From contig CAVOXA010000007.1 in NCBI GenBank assembly GCA_963700285.1, positions 32,001-96,000 of the forward strand: 64,000 bases of DNA, given 5' to 3'. This DNA comes from an uncultured Chloroflexia bacterium. Lineage in GTDB: Bacteria > Chloroflexota > Anaerolineae > JAAYZQ01. This document shows positions 41,578-51,066 of this stretch, one piece after another. The notes below the pieces were generated by a model. It worked only from the letters and a program-made list of their open reading frames with translations. It was not told the origin of the DNA and did no database searches. The first letter of the stretch is position 1, and the number at the start of each line of letters is the position of its first letter. The position numbers and the translations under genes were made by a program.

Positions 41578-42552
41578 ATGACCACCAACGGAAAGCTGAA
41601 GCTGGGTCTCTACTGGGCAGCCTCGTGTGGCGGTTGCGACATCGCCATCGTCGAGCTCCGGGAAAAGATCCTGGATCTGGACGCAGCGGCCGATATCCTG
41701 TTCTGGCCGTGCGCCATGGATTTCAAATACAAGGACGTCAGGGCCATGGTCGAGGGGCAGATGGACGTCTGCCTGTTCAATGGCTCCATCCGCAGCACCG
41801 AGAACGAAGAGATGGCACACCTGCTCCGGGAGAAAGCCAAGGTTTTGGTCGCCTTTGGCTCCTGCGCCCACGAGGGTTGCATTCCCGGGCTGGCCAATCT
41901 CTTTGACCGGCAGTCGATCTTGGCGCGAGTCTACCTGGAGACACCCTCGACCGAGAACCCGCAGGGCATTTTGCCGCAGACGAGCTACCGGATGCCCGAG
42001 GGCGAGGTGCACATCCCCAAGTTGTTTACTACGGTCAAGACGCTGGACCAGGTGACAGAGGTGGATTACTATGTGCCCGGCTGCCCACCGCAAGCGCCGC
42101 AGATCTGGGCCGTACTCGAGGCGATCCTGGGGGGCAACCTGCCGCCCAAGGGCAGCGTGGTGGGCGCCACTGAAAAGACGGTTTGCGACGAGTGCAAACA
42201 CGTCCGCGAGGAGAAGCGCATCACCCGCTTCTACCGGCCCCACGAGATCATTCCCGACCCGGAGCGCTGCTTGCTTGACCAGGGCATCATCTGCGCCGGG
42301 CCGGCAACGCGGGGCGGCTGCGGGGCGCTCTGTCCCACGGTAAACATGCCCTGCCGGGGTTGCTACGGCCCGCCGCCAAACATCGTTGACCAGGGCGCGG
42401 CATTGCTCTCGGCTGTGTCTTCGGTGGTGGCCGCCGACACGGAGGAGGAAGCAGCCCGCATCGTGGGGCAGATTGTGGACCCGGTGGGGACGTTTTACCG
42501 CTTTGGGCTGCCGGCATCGCTGCTCCACCGTGCAAAGCTTGTGGATTCGTAG
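41578..42552 (+). CDS. mvhG: [NiFe]-hydrogenase small subunit (group 3c, MvhG-like)
   Basis: WAASCGGCD, FGSCA, PGCPP, GPATRGGCGALCP..PCRGCYG. Confidence 0.92.
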   Translation: MTTNGKLKLGLYWAASCGGCDIAIVELREKILDLDAAADILFWPCAMDFKYKDVRAMVEGQMDVCLFNGSIRSTENEEMAHLLREKAKVLVAFGSCAHEGCIPGLANLFDRQSILARVYLETPSTENPQGILPQTSYRMPEGEVHIPKLFTTVKTLDQVTEVDYYVPGCPPQAPQIWAVLEAILGGNLPPKGSVVGATEKTVCDECKHVREEKRITRFYRPHEIIPDPERCLLDQGIICAGPATRGGCGALCPTVNMPCRGCYGPPPNIVDQGAALLSAVSSVVAADTEEEAARIVGQIVDPVGTFYRFGLPASLLHRAKLVDS

Positions 42553-42613
42553 ATCTGGAGAACCGGCTGGATGAATCTCGGATCACGAATCTACCTACCC
42601 GCAGGAGGATACT

Positions 42614-44086
42614 ATGCAAAAGATTAGCATTGACCCGATCACCCGCCTGGAGGGGCACGGCAAGATCGACATCTTTCTCGACGAGGAAGGCAACGTGGCC
42701 AACGCCTACCTGATCATCCCCGAGCTTCGCGGCTTTGAGAAATTCGCCGAGGGCCGGCCAGTAGAAGAGATGCCGCGTATCACACCGCGCATCTGTGGCG
42801 TCTGCCCCGAGGCGCACCACATGGCCTCGGCCAAGGCTTGCGACGCCGTCTACCACGTCGAGGTGCCGCCGGCGGGCAAAAAGCTGCGCGAGCTGCTTTA
42901 CTCGGCCTTCTACGTGGCCGACCACACCGTCCACTTTTACATCTTGGCCGCGCCCGATTTTGTGCTGGGGCCAGACGCCCCACCTGCCGAGCGCAACATC
43001 CTGGGCTTGATCCACAAGGTCGGCGTGGACGTCGGCAAGCAGGTTATCGAGAGCCGCGGAAAGGCCATGGACATCATCGGTCTGTTGGGCGGCAAGACTA
43101 TCCATCCTGTGGGCGCGCTGCCCGGCGGGGTGAGCAAATCGATCAACGAGGAGGAGCGGGCCGGGATCGAGAGCTGGGGCCACGATTTGGTGGGCTTTGG
43201 ACTGTTCAGCCTCCAACTCTTCAGGGATGTGGTGCTGGGCAACAAGGCCTATCTGGACCTGATCCTGTCCGACGCTTACACGACGCCGATGTATTATATG
43301 GGTCTGGTGGACGGGGACAACAAGGTCAACTTTTACGATGGGAAGGTGCGCGTCGTGGACCCTGAGGGCAAAGAACTGGTCAAGTATGGCCCAGAGGAGT
43401 ACCTGGAGGTCGTCGCCGAGCACGTCGAGCCTTGGACCTATCTCAAGTTCCCCTACCTCAAGCAGGTAGGCTGGAAGGGGTTTGTCACCGGCAAGGACAG
43501 CGGGGTCTACCAGGCGACGCCCCTGTCGCGGCTCAATGCCGCCGATGGCATGGCCACGCCCGAAGCCCAGGCGGCCTACGAAGAGTTCTACACGACGATG
43601 GGCGGCAAGCCGGTCCACGGCACGCTGGCCACCCACTGGGCGCGCCTCATCGAGCTGCTCTACGCCGCCGAGCGCCTGGTCGAACTGGCCACCGATCCTG
43701 GCATCACCGACCCGCACGTGCGCAACATCCCCACCGCCATACCGACCGAGGGCGTGGGCATCGTCGAAGCGCCGCGCGGCACGCTGACGCACCACTTTGT
43801 CACCGACGAGCGGGGCATTGTCCAGAAATGCAACCTCATTGTCGGCACGACCAACAACTATGCGCCCATCTCCATCTCGATCAAGAAAGCGGCCGAGGCC
43901 TTTATCCACAAGGGCCAGGTCCTGACCGAGGGCATGCTGAACCGGGTGGAGATGGCCTTCCGCGCCTACGACCCCTGTTTCGGTTGCGCCACCCACACGC
44001 TGCCGGGCCAGATGCCGCTGGAGGTGCGGGTGTGCGACGCGGAGGGGTGCGTGGTCGAGGTGCTATGTCAGCATCTGGGCAAGTAG
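42614..44086 (+). CDS. mvhA: [NiFe]-hydrogenase large subunit (group 3c, MvhA-like)
   Basis: [16 protein letters not shown] (L1), [17 protein letters not shown] (L2) plus C-terminal extension. Confidence 0.94.
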   Translation: MQKISIDPITRLEGHGKIDIFLDEEGNVANAYLIIPELRGFEKFAEGRPVEEMPRITPRICGVCPEAHHMASAKACDAVYHVEVPPAGKKLRELLYSAFYVADHTVHFYILAAPDFVLGPDAPPAERNILGLIHKVGVDVGKQVIESRGKAMDIIGLLGGKTIHPVGALPGGVSKSINEEERAGIESWGHDLVGFGLFSLQLFRDVVLGNKAYLDLILSDAYTTPMYYMGLVDGDNKVNFYDGKVRVVDPEGKELVKYGPEEYLEVVAEHVEPWTYLKFPYLKQVGWKGFVTGKDSGVYQATPLSRLNAADGMATPEAQAAYEEFYTTMGGKPVHGTLATHWARLIELLYAAERLVELATDPGITDPHVRNIPTAIPTEGVGIVEAPRGTLTHHFVTDERGIVQKCNLIVGTTNNYAPISISIKKAAEAFIHKGQVLTEGMLNRVEMAFRAYDPCFGCATHTLPGQMPLEVRVCDAEGCVVEVLCQHLGK

Positions 44087-44143
44087 GGTGACGGGGGATT
44101 GGGAGATCCAGATCTCCCGATCCCCCAGATAGGTGAGTTCCCC

Positions 44144-44674
44144 ATGAAGAAGCTGGTCCTCGGCCTGGGAAATCCAATCCTGACGGATGACGGCGCCGGC
44201 ATCCACGTGGTGCGGGCTGCGGCCGCCCGCTGCGCGCCGGCGGACGGCGCGACCTTTGCCGAGGCGAGCCTGGGTGGCCTGCGGCTCCTGGATTTGCTGG
44301 CCGGCTACGACCGGGCCATCGTGGTGGATGCAATCCAGACGCGCGGCGGGCAGCCAGGCGCCCTCTACCGGCTGGGCCCCGGCGACCTGCGAGCCTCCCT
44401 GCACTCCGGCTCCAGCCACGACCTGTCGCTGCCGGCCGCCCTGGACCTGGGCCGGCGGCTGGGCATGGCGCTGCCCGGCGAGGAAAACCTGATCCTCCTT
44501 GCCATTGAGGTCGAGGATGTGCTGACCTTTGGCGAGACCTGTACCCCCGCCGTGACGGGGGCCATCCCCCAGGCTGTGGAGGCGGTACTGGCGGAACTGG
44601 CGGTTCAGCCGTGGGCCGCTGAGGTGCGGCCGGACTGGCAATGTTTCCCGCGGGCAGGGCATAACTCGACATAA
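44144..44674 (+). CDS. Hydrogenase maturation protease
   Basis: VLGLGNPILTDDGAG, VVDA, SSHD. Confidence 0.92.
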   Translation: MKKLVLGLGNPILTDDGAGIHVVRAAAARCAPADGATFAEASLGGLRLLDLLAGYDRAIVVDAIQTRGGQPGALYRLGPGDLRASLHSGSSHDLSLPAALDLGRRLGMALPGEENLILLAIEVEDVLTFGETCTPAVTGAIPQAVEAVLAELAVQPWAAEVRPDWQCFPRAGHNST

Positions 44675-44979
44675 AGTATTCTTCGCCCTAACCTCTGCGT
44701 TCTTTGTGTCCCTCTTCGATGACTGCCCACAAGTCTCTCCCGGCCAGGGGAATGGGGCAGCACGCTCAGCTTGTCCGCTGGGCGGTATGATGGTATACTG
44801 CTCCCGGCCGCAAGATGGTTGGAGTCTATTGACGTCGTAAGGGCGGGGCATTCCCAGCGTCCGTTTGCCATGCAGAAGCGCCTCCGCTGTGCATGGACCC
44901 CTGGGGTAACCAAGAGACCTCGTGGAATGCCTCACCGCTGCTTTGGCGAAGTGCCAGGACGAAAGGAGTACACGACCCC

Positions 44980-45813
44980 ATGGAGAAGGAAGTCTATCCG
45001 TTCAGCCTTGGCGATCTGGCGTGCGCGGTGATCCGCGATTTCTCCCGCGAGCGGGAGGTGCGCGAAGTGATCGCCAATCCCCAAGAGGAGGTGCCCGCGG
45101 AGGTCCCGGCGGGCGAAGGAACCAGCGACTACAACTGCCTGCTCGTCAGGATCGGCCAGCACAATGTCCTTTTTGACGCCGGTCTGGGGGACCGTGTTGA
45201 CTATGCCCAGGGGAGGCTGTTGGCGAACCTGGGCTCGATGGGCGTAGGCCCGGGCGATGTCGACCGGTTGGTCATCACCCACGCCGATGGCGATCACATC
45301 GGCGGCACCCTGGACAAAGGGGGCGAGCCGGTCTTTTTCAATGCGCGTTACGTACTATGGCAGGGGGCCTGGGAGTACTGGGCATCCTCCGGCGCGTCCG
45401 CTGACTGGCCCGAGGACCGGGTGGCGTTCGTCCGGGGCACCTACGCGGCGATCGAGGATCGGTTGGATGTGGTGGACGCCGAGTCGGACTTTCTGCCGGG
45501 CTTCCGGCTGGTCCCAGCCGTGGGGCACAAGTCTGACCATGTGGCGGTTCGCATCACTTCCGGGGGCGCGCGCCTGCTGCACATTGCAGATAGCGCGGCC
45601 CATCCTGTCTTTCTGGAGTACCCGGACCTGTACTCTGTGTTTGACTTGAGGCCGGAGCAGGCCCTGGCCAGCAAGCGGCGGCTTTTGGACTGGGCTGCCG
45701 CTGAGGGAGCCCTGGTCTTTGCCCCCCACTTTCCATTTCCGGGACTGGGCCAGGTCCACAAAGAGGGGAGCGGCTGGCAGTGGCAGCCAGCAGGCAGGCT
45801 TGCACCGCCGTGA
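44980..45813 (+). CDS. MBL-fold metallo-hydrolase (paralogue of 20394..21242)
   Basis: THADGDHIGG, VGHKSDH, HFPFPGLG..WQWQP; SD AAGGAG. Confidence 0.88.
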   Translation: MEKEVYPFSLGDLACAVIRDFSREREVREVIANPQEEVPAEVPAGEGTSDYNCLLVRIGQHNVLFDAGLGDRVDYAQGRLLANLGSMGVGPGDVDRLVITHADGDHIGGTLDKGGEPVFFNARYVLWQGAWEYWASSGASADWPEDRVAFVRGTYAAIEDRLDVVDAESDFLPGFRLVPAVGHKSDHVAVRITSGGARLLHIADSAAHPVFLEYPDLYSVFDLRPEQALASKRRLLDWAAAEGALVFAPHFPFPGLGQVHKEGSGWQWQPAGRLAPP

Positions 45814-45870
45814 ACAGGCGGTGCTGGGCAGATCCCTGAACAGGCGGTGTTGGGCAAGTCTCTGTCGATT

Positions 45871-46248
45871 TCAGTGTCCAGCACCGGCTCTTCCAGGCCG
45901 GTGCTGGACATATTCCCTCATCCGTTCAAACAGCTTCCTGTAGATCGTGATTTCCCCCACCTGGGGGTCGCCTACCGTCATGCGCACCCCCTGCAGCCAA
46001 TAGAGCCTGGCTTCCTGAACCTCTCTGATCTCATCCCAGGGGATTAGCAGCTTCCCTGCCCTACCCAGCGGTGGACGCACCCAGAGGTACAACCCCTCTG
46101 GGCTGATCGTCACGGTCACGCACCTGCGGTACTGCACAACTCCGATCTTGGCCGTTTGTTTGGTCTGGCGAACCCCGCTGGGCTCGTAGGTCGCAGGATA
46201 GCGCTCAGCCAGTCTGTTCAGGCCGCTCATTCTGGCAAATACTCCCAT
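45871..46248 (-). CDS. Hypothetical protein
   Basis: Coherent ORF (LAERYPA..EGLYLW..LLIPWDEI); start uncertain. Confidence 0.5.
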   Translation of the reverse strand: MGVFARMSGLNRLAERYPATYEPSGVRQTKQTAKIGVVQYRRCVTVTISPEGLYLWVRPPLGRAGKLLIPWDEIREVQEARLYWLQGVRMTVGDPQVGEITIYRKLFERMREYVQHRPGRAGAGH

Positions 46249-46495
46249 ATCATGCACCTCGCTTTCAGCAAGCACGGCTGCGTGCGTCTGTTGAGCAGAG
46301 CAAACGATGCCAGCCCCTCCACCGGGGCTGCAACACTGGACAGGGCCAGCACTGCAACCGCGGCAGGTTGGACGATCCCGGATTCTGGCTGTCGTAGAAG
46401 CCCGGTGATGGGGATATCATGCACCCGAAATCCTGTTTTGTCAAACGGCGTCTGAACCGGTCAGACAATTGGACTTTGCCCGGCGCCGGATCCGC

Positions 46496-46760
46496 CTACG
46501 CCAGGCCGAATGCCTGCTTCAGCTCTTCCAGCGCGGCTTCTTCCTGCTCGCTGACCCGCACCGAGCCGATGCCCAGGAAGCCGCCTTCGCGGCCGGCCTC
46601 GGCTGTGGCCTGGGCAACCTGCAGCAGCCATTCGCAGAACCCGGCTTTTTCGGCGGGGCTGCTCTTGGCGTCCAGTACGGTGAGGGCCTCCTGGATCTGT
46701 TCCAGGACCTGGGCCCTGGGATCCCGGCTCTTGTCGATCTGGGGCTCCTCCATCTTTTCC
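46496..46760 (-). pseudogene. C-terminal fragment of a conserved hypothetical protein
   Basis: AEAGREGGFLGIGSVRVSEQEEAAL; fused to an unrelated 5' fragment near 46785. Confidence 0.45.
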
Positions 46761-46784
46761 TTTCGCTGGGCCCTGGCCATCGTA

Positions 46785-47390
46785 CCTTCGAAAGACCACG
46801 ACGGCGATTAGAGCCGCCGCACTGCCGATGAAGTAGAGCAGTCGCCAGGCTGGATCTGGGCCATTGGGATCACCAGCTCGACCGGCTGGCTGTGGCATCT
46901 AGGGGCGCTCCTTCTGCGGGCCGCGCCAGCCCATCCGGAAAAGCTTACGGGCGATCAGGATGTACCAGATCAAGTAGCCCAGGACGGACAGTAGGGAGAG
47001 GTAGACGCCGATCCCGGGTACGTAGAGACCAAAGACGACGATGTTGGTCACGATGCCGACATAGGCCGTGGCCCTGCTGAACGTAGCGCTGCGCAGCATG
47101 AGGAACGAGCTGATTAGCAGCGAGGCAGAACCGAGGAGATAGTGGGCATGGTAGGCCATCCCATGAAAGTGGGTCAGCACGGCCTCTCCAGCCGCCTGGT
47201 AGCTGGCTCTCTCGGCCTCCGTGGTCGCGGCCGCCCACCGGTCGCTGAGAGCGAACATCTCGGGGATCGGTCTGGAGGGGACGAGGCAAGCCAGCCCTGT
47301 GAGCCCCAGGACCAGGGCGATGAGCGCCCAGCCCTCATCGACCTCCTTTAGCATGACATAAAGGACCAGAAAGAAGGGATTGACTCTTTC
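46785..47390 (-). pseudogene. Fragments of tandem DUF4386-like membrane proteins
   Basis: 3' half at 46899-47390 (MLRSATFSRATAYVGI, no 5' part) followed by a 5' stub WRLLYFIGSAAALIAVVVFRR at 46785-46898. Confidence 0.55.
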
Positions 47391-47491
47391 ACCGAAACAC
47401 TGCGAACGATCTTGGACCGCACGGTCCCGCCCCTTGCCTTCCAGCACTGCTAGGAGCATACTGTAGCTACCTAGATCCAGAGAGGGCTGCC

Positions 47492-47806
47492 GTGAAACGT
47501 GGGGTTCCAGGCTTGCGAAGTCTGTCGGTACAGATGATCCTGAGCTCTGTCGCGGTGGTGCTGCTGACGGCGGCGGCCGTGGAGCGCTGGGTCGAGGAAC
47601 AGCCCGACCTGATCGTGCTGGATGTCAACATGCCCCGGCTCGACGGCTTTGCCGTCTGCCGCCGCATCCGGAAGCAGGCGGACACGCCCATCATTCTGCT
47701 CACTGTGCGCGGCGAGGAAGACGACATTGTGCACGGCCTGAAACTGGGCGCCGACGATTACATCACCAAGCCCTTTAGCCCCCGCCAACTTCGTAACGTG
47801 TACTGA
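47492..47806 (+). pseudogene. Chimeric fragment: kinase-like TM start fused to a partial OmpR-type receiver domain
   Basis: [20 protein letters not shown] joined to [32 protein letters not shown], then stop; no DNA-binding domain. Confidence 0.7.
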
Positions 47807-47839
47807 CTCCCCTCTGCCTATCCGGCTGATTCACCATTT

Positions 47840-47867
47840 GTCACAGCTTTATCACAGACTTATCACG
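47840..47867 (+). promoter_or_regulatory. PHO-box-like triple direct repeat upstream of the usp-pst operon
   Basis: GTCACA 47840, ATCACA 47851, ATCACG 47862; 11-bp period; TATGAT -10 near 47889. Confidence 0.75.
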
Positions 47868-47922
47868 GCGTTTGGAACGCCCTCAGGCTATGATCCTGGC
47901 ATAGCCTGGGGAGGTAGCACGT

Positions 47923-48963
47923 TTGGGTGGAACCAGTCAGCGCAAAACTGCATACCTGACGCTTGAAGAATTGACTGCGGACCGAGAGCTGGCACGGCGT
48001 CTTCCGCTTGATCTGGCCTGGAGTTGCCATGCCCTGCCGTTGGCGGAGGATAATGGACGTGTCACAGTCGTCATGGCCGACCCGGATGATGACAGGGCGC
48101 GTGAGGCGGTGGTTGCCGCGTTGGGACCCAGGTTGTGTGTGGTCAAGGGATCACCGTTGAGTATTGAGGCGCGACTCGCCGAAATCTGGGGGGATGAAGC
48201 TTGTCGTCGTCCAAGACTAGAAGTCTGTGCTTTTCCTGATCCCCTTCCTGGCGAGCTGTGGGACTATGCCCAGGCTCTTGGGGTCTTGCTGGGTGCGCAC
48301 CTGGGCCGCATGAGTACGGCAGGAGAGGTGAACGCACTGGCCAAGGAAGGGGGTCGCGCCAACTCCGACCTGGTCATTTTGGGGGAGTATTGTCATCCTC
48401 TGCTCCGGTGTTTGCTCTCCCGATCGACTGAGGACGGTGATTTGCCGATACTGCAGAGCGCTGTTCCTTTTGGCATCCTGGTAGCTCAGCGGCCGCGCTG
48501 GCCGCTCGAACGCATCCTCCTGGTCATCTGTGGTGAAAGCGCAGACAACGGGGCGGTGGATTGGGCCTTGCGCCTGGCCAGCCCAAGCACCGCTGCTGTC
48601 ACCGTGCTGGCGGTGATACCACCGGTGCCGATCATGGTGCACGGACCTGCCCGCCGGGAACAGGGTATGGCTGCCTTCCTGACCAGCAACACGATTCTGG
48701 GAAGGCAAATGCACCAAGTAGCCCGGCGTTTGGCAGAGTGCCAAGTCGACGGCACCTTGCGCTTGCGCCAGGGAGCACCCGACCAGCAGATCTGTCGACA
48801 GGTGGTTGAGGGCGACCACGATCTGATCATTATGGCCGCCAGGCCCCGCAAATGGTGGTTGCGCCAACTGAAGGGAGACCCAATCTGCTCACTGCTGAGC
48901 CAGGTCGACCGGCCCGTGCTCTTTGCGGAACCAGACAAGGCGGGGAAGTCCGACCCGACATGA
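47923..48963 (+). CDS. Universal stress protein with N-terminal T2SSE_N (GspE/PilB N)-like domain
   Basis: ARRLPLDLAWSCHALPL..VTVVMADP; C-terminal Usp RILLVI..DLIIMA..RPVLF. Confidence 0.75.
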   Translation: MGGTSQRKTAYLTLEELTADRELARRLPLDLAWSCHALPLAEDNGRVTVVMADPDDDRAREAVVAALGPRLCVVKGSPLSIEARLAEIWGDEACRRPRLEVCAFPDPLPGELWDYAQALGVLLGAHLGRMSTAGEVNALAKEGGRANSDLVILGEYCHPLLRCLLSRSTEDGDLPILQSAVPFGILVAQRPRWPLERILLVICGESADNGAVDWALRLASPSTAAVTVLAVIPPVPIMVHGPARREQGMAAFLTSNTILGRQMHQVARRLAECQVDGTLRLRQGAPDQQICRQVVEGDHDLIIMAARPRKWWLRQLKGDPICSLLSQVDRPVLFAEPDKAGKSDPT

Positions 48964-49047
48964 CTTCCGCGCCAGCACTGTCGTCTAAAAGGGAGCCGCA
49001 GAGCAGTGTCTGCGGCCCTTCTGTCACTTGACAATGGGGAGATAACC

Positions 49048-50031
49048 ATGCAGATGCAAAGCAGAATCAAAAAAGTCCTGCTCACCCTGCTGACCGTTGG
49101 CTTGGTGATACTTGCTGCCGGCTGCGGTGGATCCACCGGTGAGTCAATGGCCTCGTCAGAGGGTGGACTACAGGGCACCATCACTGTTTCCGGCGCCTGG
49201 GCGCTCTACCCTCTGATGGTTCGATGGGGCGAAGAGTTTCAGAAGCTGCACCCTGACGTTCGCTTTGACATCTCGGCCGGCGGGGCAGGCAAGGGAATGG
49301 CCGATGTCCTGGCAAACGCAGTGGACATTGGGATGGTTTCCCGCGAAATCCACCCCGAAGAGGTCGCAAAGGGCGCCTTCTGGGTGTCGGTCACCAAAGA
49401 CGCCGTATTTCCCACGATCAATGCAGAGAATCCCGTACGGGAGGAGTTGTACGGCAAAGGGTTGAGCCAAGAGATCTTGATCGGCATCTTTATCACAGGC
49501 GAGATCACAACCTGGGGGCAGGTGATAGACAGGCCAGAGGTGACAGACCCCATCCACGTCTTTACCCGCTCAGATGCCTGCGGGGCAGCAGACACCTGGG
49601 CCGATTACTTGGGCAAGGCACAGGAGGATCTCCTGGGCATTGCTGTTTACGGCGACCCCGGTCTCCTGGGCGCGGTGATCAAAGATCCTCTGGGAATTGG
49701 CTTCAACAACCTGAACTATGCCTTCGACGCCGAGACAGGAATCCCGGTGGCTGGCGCAGGGGTCGCGCCGATCGATGTTGACGGCAACGGCTCGGCCGAA
49801 GCGAAAGAGGTTTTTGATACCAAAGACCAGGCGGTGAAGGGCGTCGCTGTGGGGGATTATCCCTCGCCGCCAGCGCGCGACCTCAACCTGGTCAGTCAGG
49901 GCAAACCGGAAGGACTGGTCAAAGCCTTCATCACCTGGGTCCTCACCGATGGGCAGGATTATGTAGCCGAGGCAGGGTACATCACCCTGCCCCAGGACAG
50001 ATTGCAGGCAGAGCTGGAAAAGCTGGACTGA
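49048..50031 (+). CDS. pstS: Phosphate ABC transporter substrate-binding lipoprotein
   Basis: Lipobox LAAGC; SGAWALYP, GGAGKG, DIGMVSR; precedes pstCAB. Confidence 0.88.
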   Translation: MQMQSRIKKVLLTLLTVGLVILAAGCGGSTGESMASSEGGLQGTITVSGAWALYPLMVRWGEEFQKLHPDVRFDISAGGAGKGMADVLANAVDIGMVSREIHPEEVAKGAFWVSVTKDAVFPTINAENPVREELYGKGLSQEILIGIFITGEITTWGQVIDRPEVTDPIHVFTRSDACGAADTWADYLGKAQEDLLGIAVYGDPGLLGAVIKDPLGIGFNNLNYAFDAETGIPVAGAGVAPIDVDGNGSAEAKEVFDTKDQAVKGVAVGDYPSPPARDLNLVSQGKPEGLVKAFITWVLTDGQDYVAEAGYITLPQDRLQAELEKLD

Positions 50032-50052
50032 ATCGGTGCCGAGGCCCACAAA

Positions 50053-51066
50053 GTGAGAGCGATGCACAGCATGAATGAGATTCTGACGTCCCTGGTTCAA
50101 TACCGGCCACAGGCTTCGAGCCAGGTTGTCTCCCACAGGCACGCTCGGCGGAGGAAGGATCGACTGTCGGCGCGGTTGATGGGTTTGCTGACGCTGGCGA
50201 CCATGCTGATGGTGCCCCTTCTGGCCGTGGCGCTCTTTATGCGCGCCCGGCCGATCCTGCTGGCCAAACCGCTGGGGGAGTTGTTGTTGTCCACGGACTG
50301 GCACCCGCTGAGGGGGGAATTTGGCTTTTTGCCCTTCATCATGGGCACCCTCTGGGTAACGGGCGTGGCCATGGCCATCGCTGTCCCCCCTGCCCTGCTG
50401 GTCGCCATCTACCTGGCCGAATACGCCCCAGCGCGGTTCCGCACGCTGGTCAAGCCGTTCATTGACCTGCTGGCAGGCATACCATCCGTGGTCTTTGGCG
50501 TCTGGGGGATGCTGACCATTGTGCCCTTTGTGGAACATACCGTCGCCCCCACCCTGAATCGGTGGCTGGGTGTTCTCGGTCTGTTCCGCACCGACAACCC
50601 CACCGGCTATGGCGTGCTGGCGGCGGGGCTGGTACTGGCCGTGATGATCTTGCCCATTATCATCGCCGTGGGCGACGAGGTGATCAGGGCCGTACCCCAG
50701 GGGTTTCGTGAGGCATCGTGGGCCTTGGGCGCGACCCGCTGGCAGACGATCATAAAGGTGGTGCTGCGGCGGGCCTGGCCCGGCGTGATGGCGGCCGTAG
50801 TCCTGGGCTTTTCCCGAGCCTTTGGCGAAACAATGGCCGTGTTGATGGTCGTGGGCAACGTACCCCAGATGCCTCACTCCCTCTTTGATGCGGCCTACCC
50901 CTTGACCGCCCTGATCGCCAACAACTATGGGGAGATGATGTCCATCCCCCTCTATGATGCAGCGCTGCTGGGTGGGGCCTTGATCTTGTTGTTGATCGTG
51001 TTGGTCTTTAACACCGCCTCGCGGCTGGTGCTTGTGCGGTTCGTGCAAACTGGACAAGAGAGATGA
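50053..51066 (+). CDS. pstC: Phosphate ABC transporter permease
   Basis: LAGIPSVVFG, EASWALGATRWQT, SRAFGETMAVLMVVGN. Confidence 0.92.
   Translation: MRAMHSMNEILTSLVQYRPQASSQVVSHRHARRRKDRLSARLMGLLTLATMLMVPLLAVALFMRARPILLAKPLGELLLSTDWHPLRGEFGFLPFIMGTLWVTGVAMAIAVPPALLVAIYLAEYAPARFRTLVKPFIDLLAGIPSVVFGVWGMLTIVPFVEHTVAPTLNRWLGVLGLFRTDNPTGYGVLAAGLVLAVMILPIIIAVGDEVIRAVPQGFREASWALGATRWQTIIKVVLRRAWPGVMAAVVLGFSRAFGETMAVLMVVGNVPQMPHSLFDAAYPLTALIANNYGEMMSIPLYDAALLGGALILLLIVLVFNTASRLVLVRFVQTGQER

Noticed and set aside
41135-44086. [NiFeSe] hydrogenase or Sec-MvhD
   Set aside because: The relevant positions are Cys (CNWC, DPCFGC) and there is no in-frame TGA.
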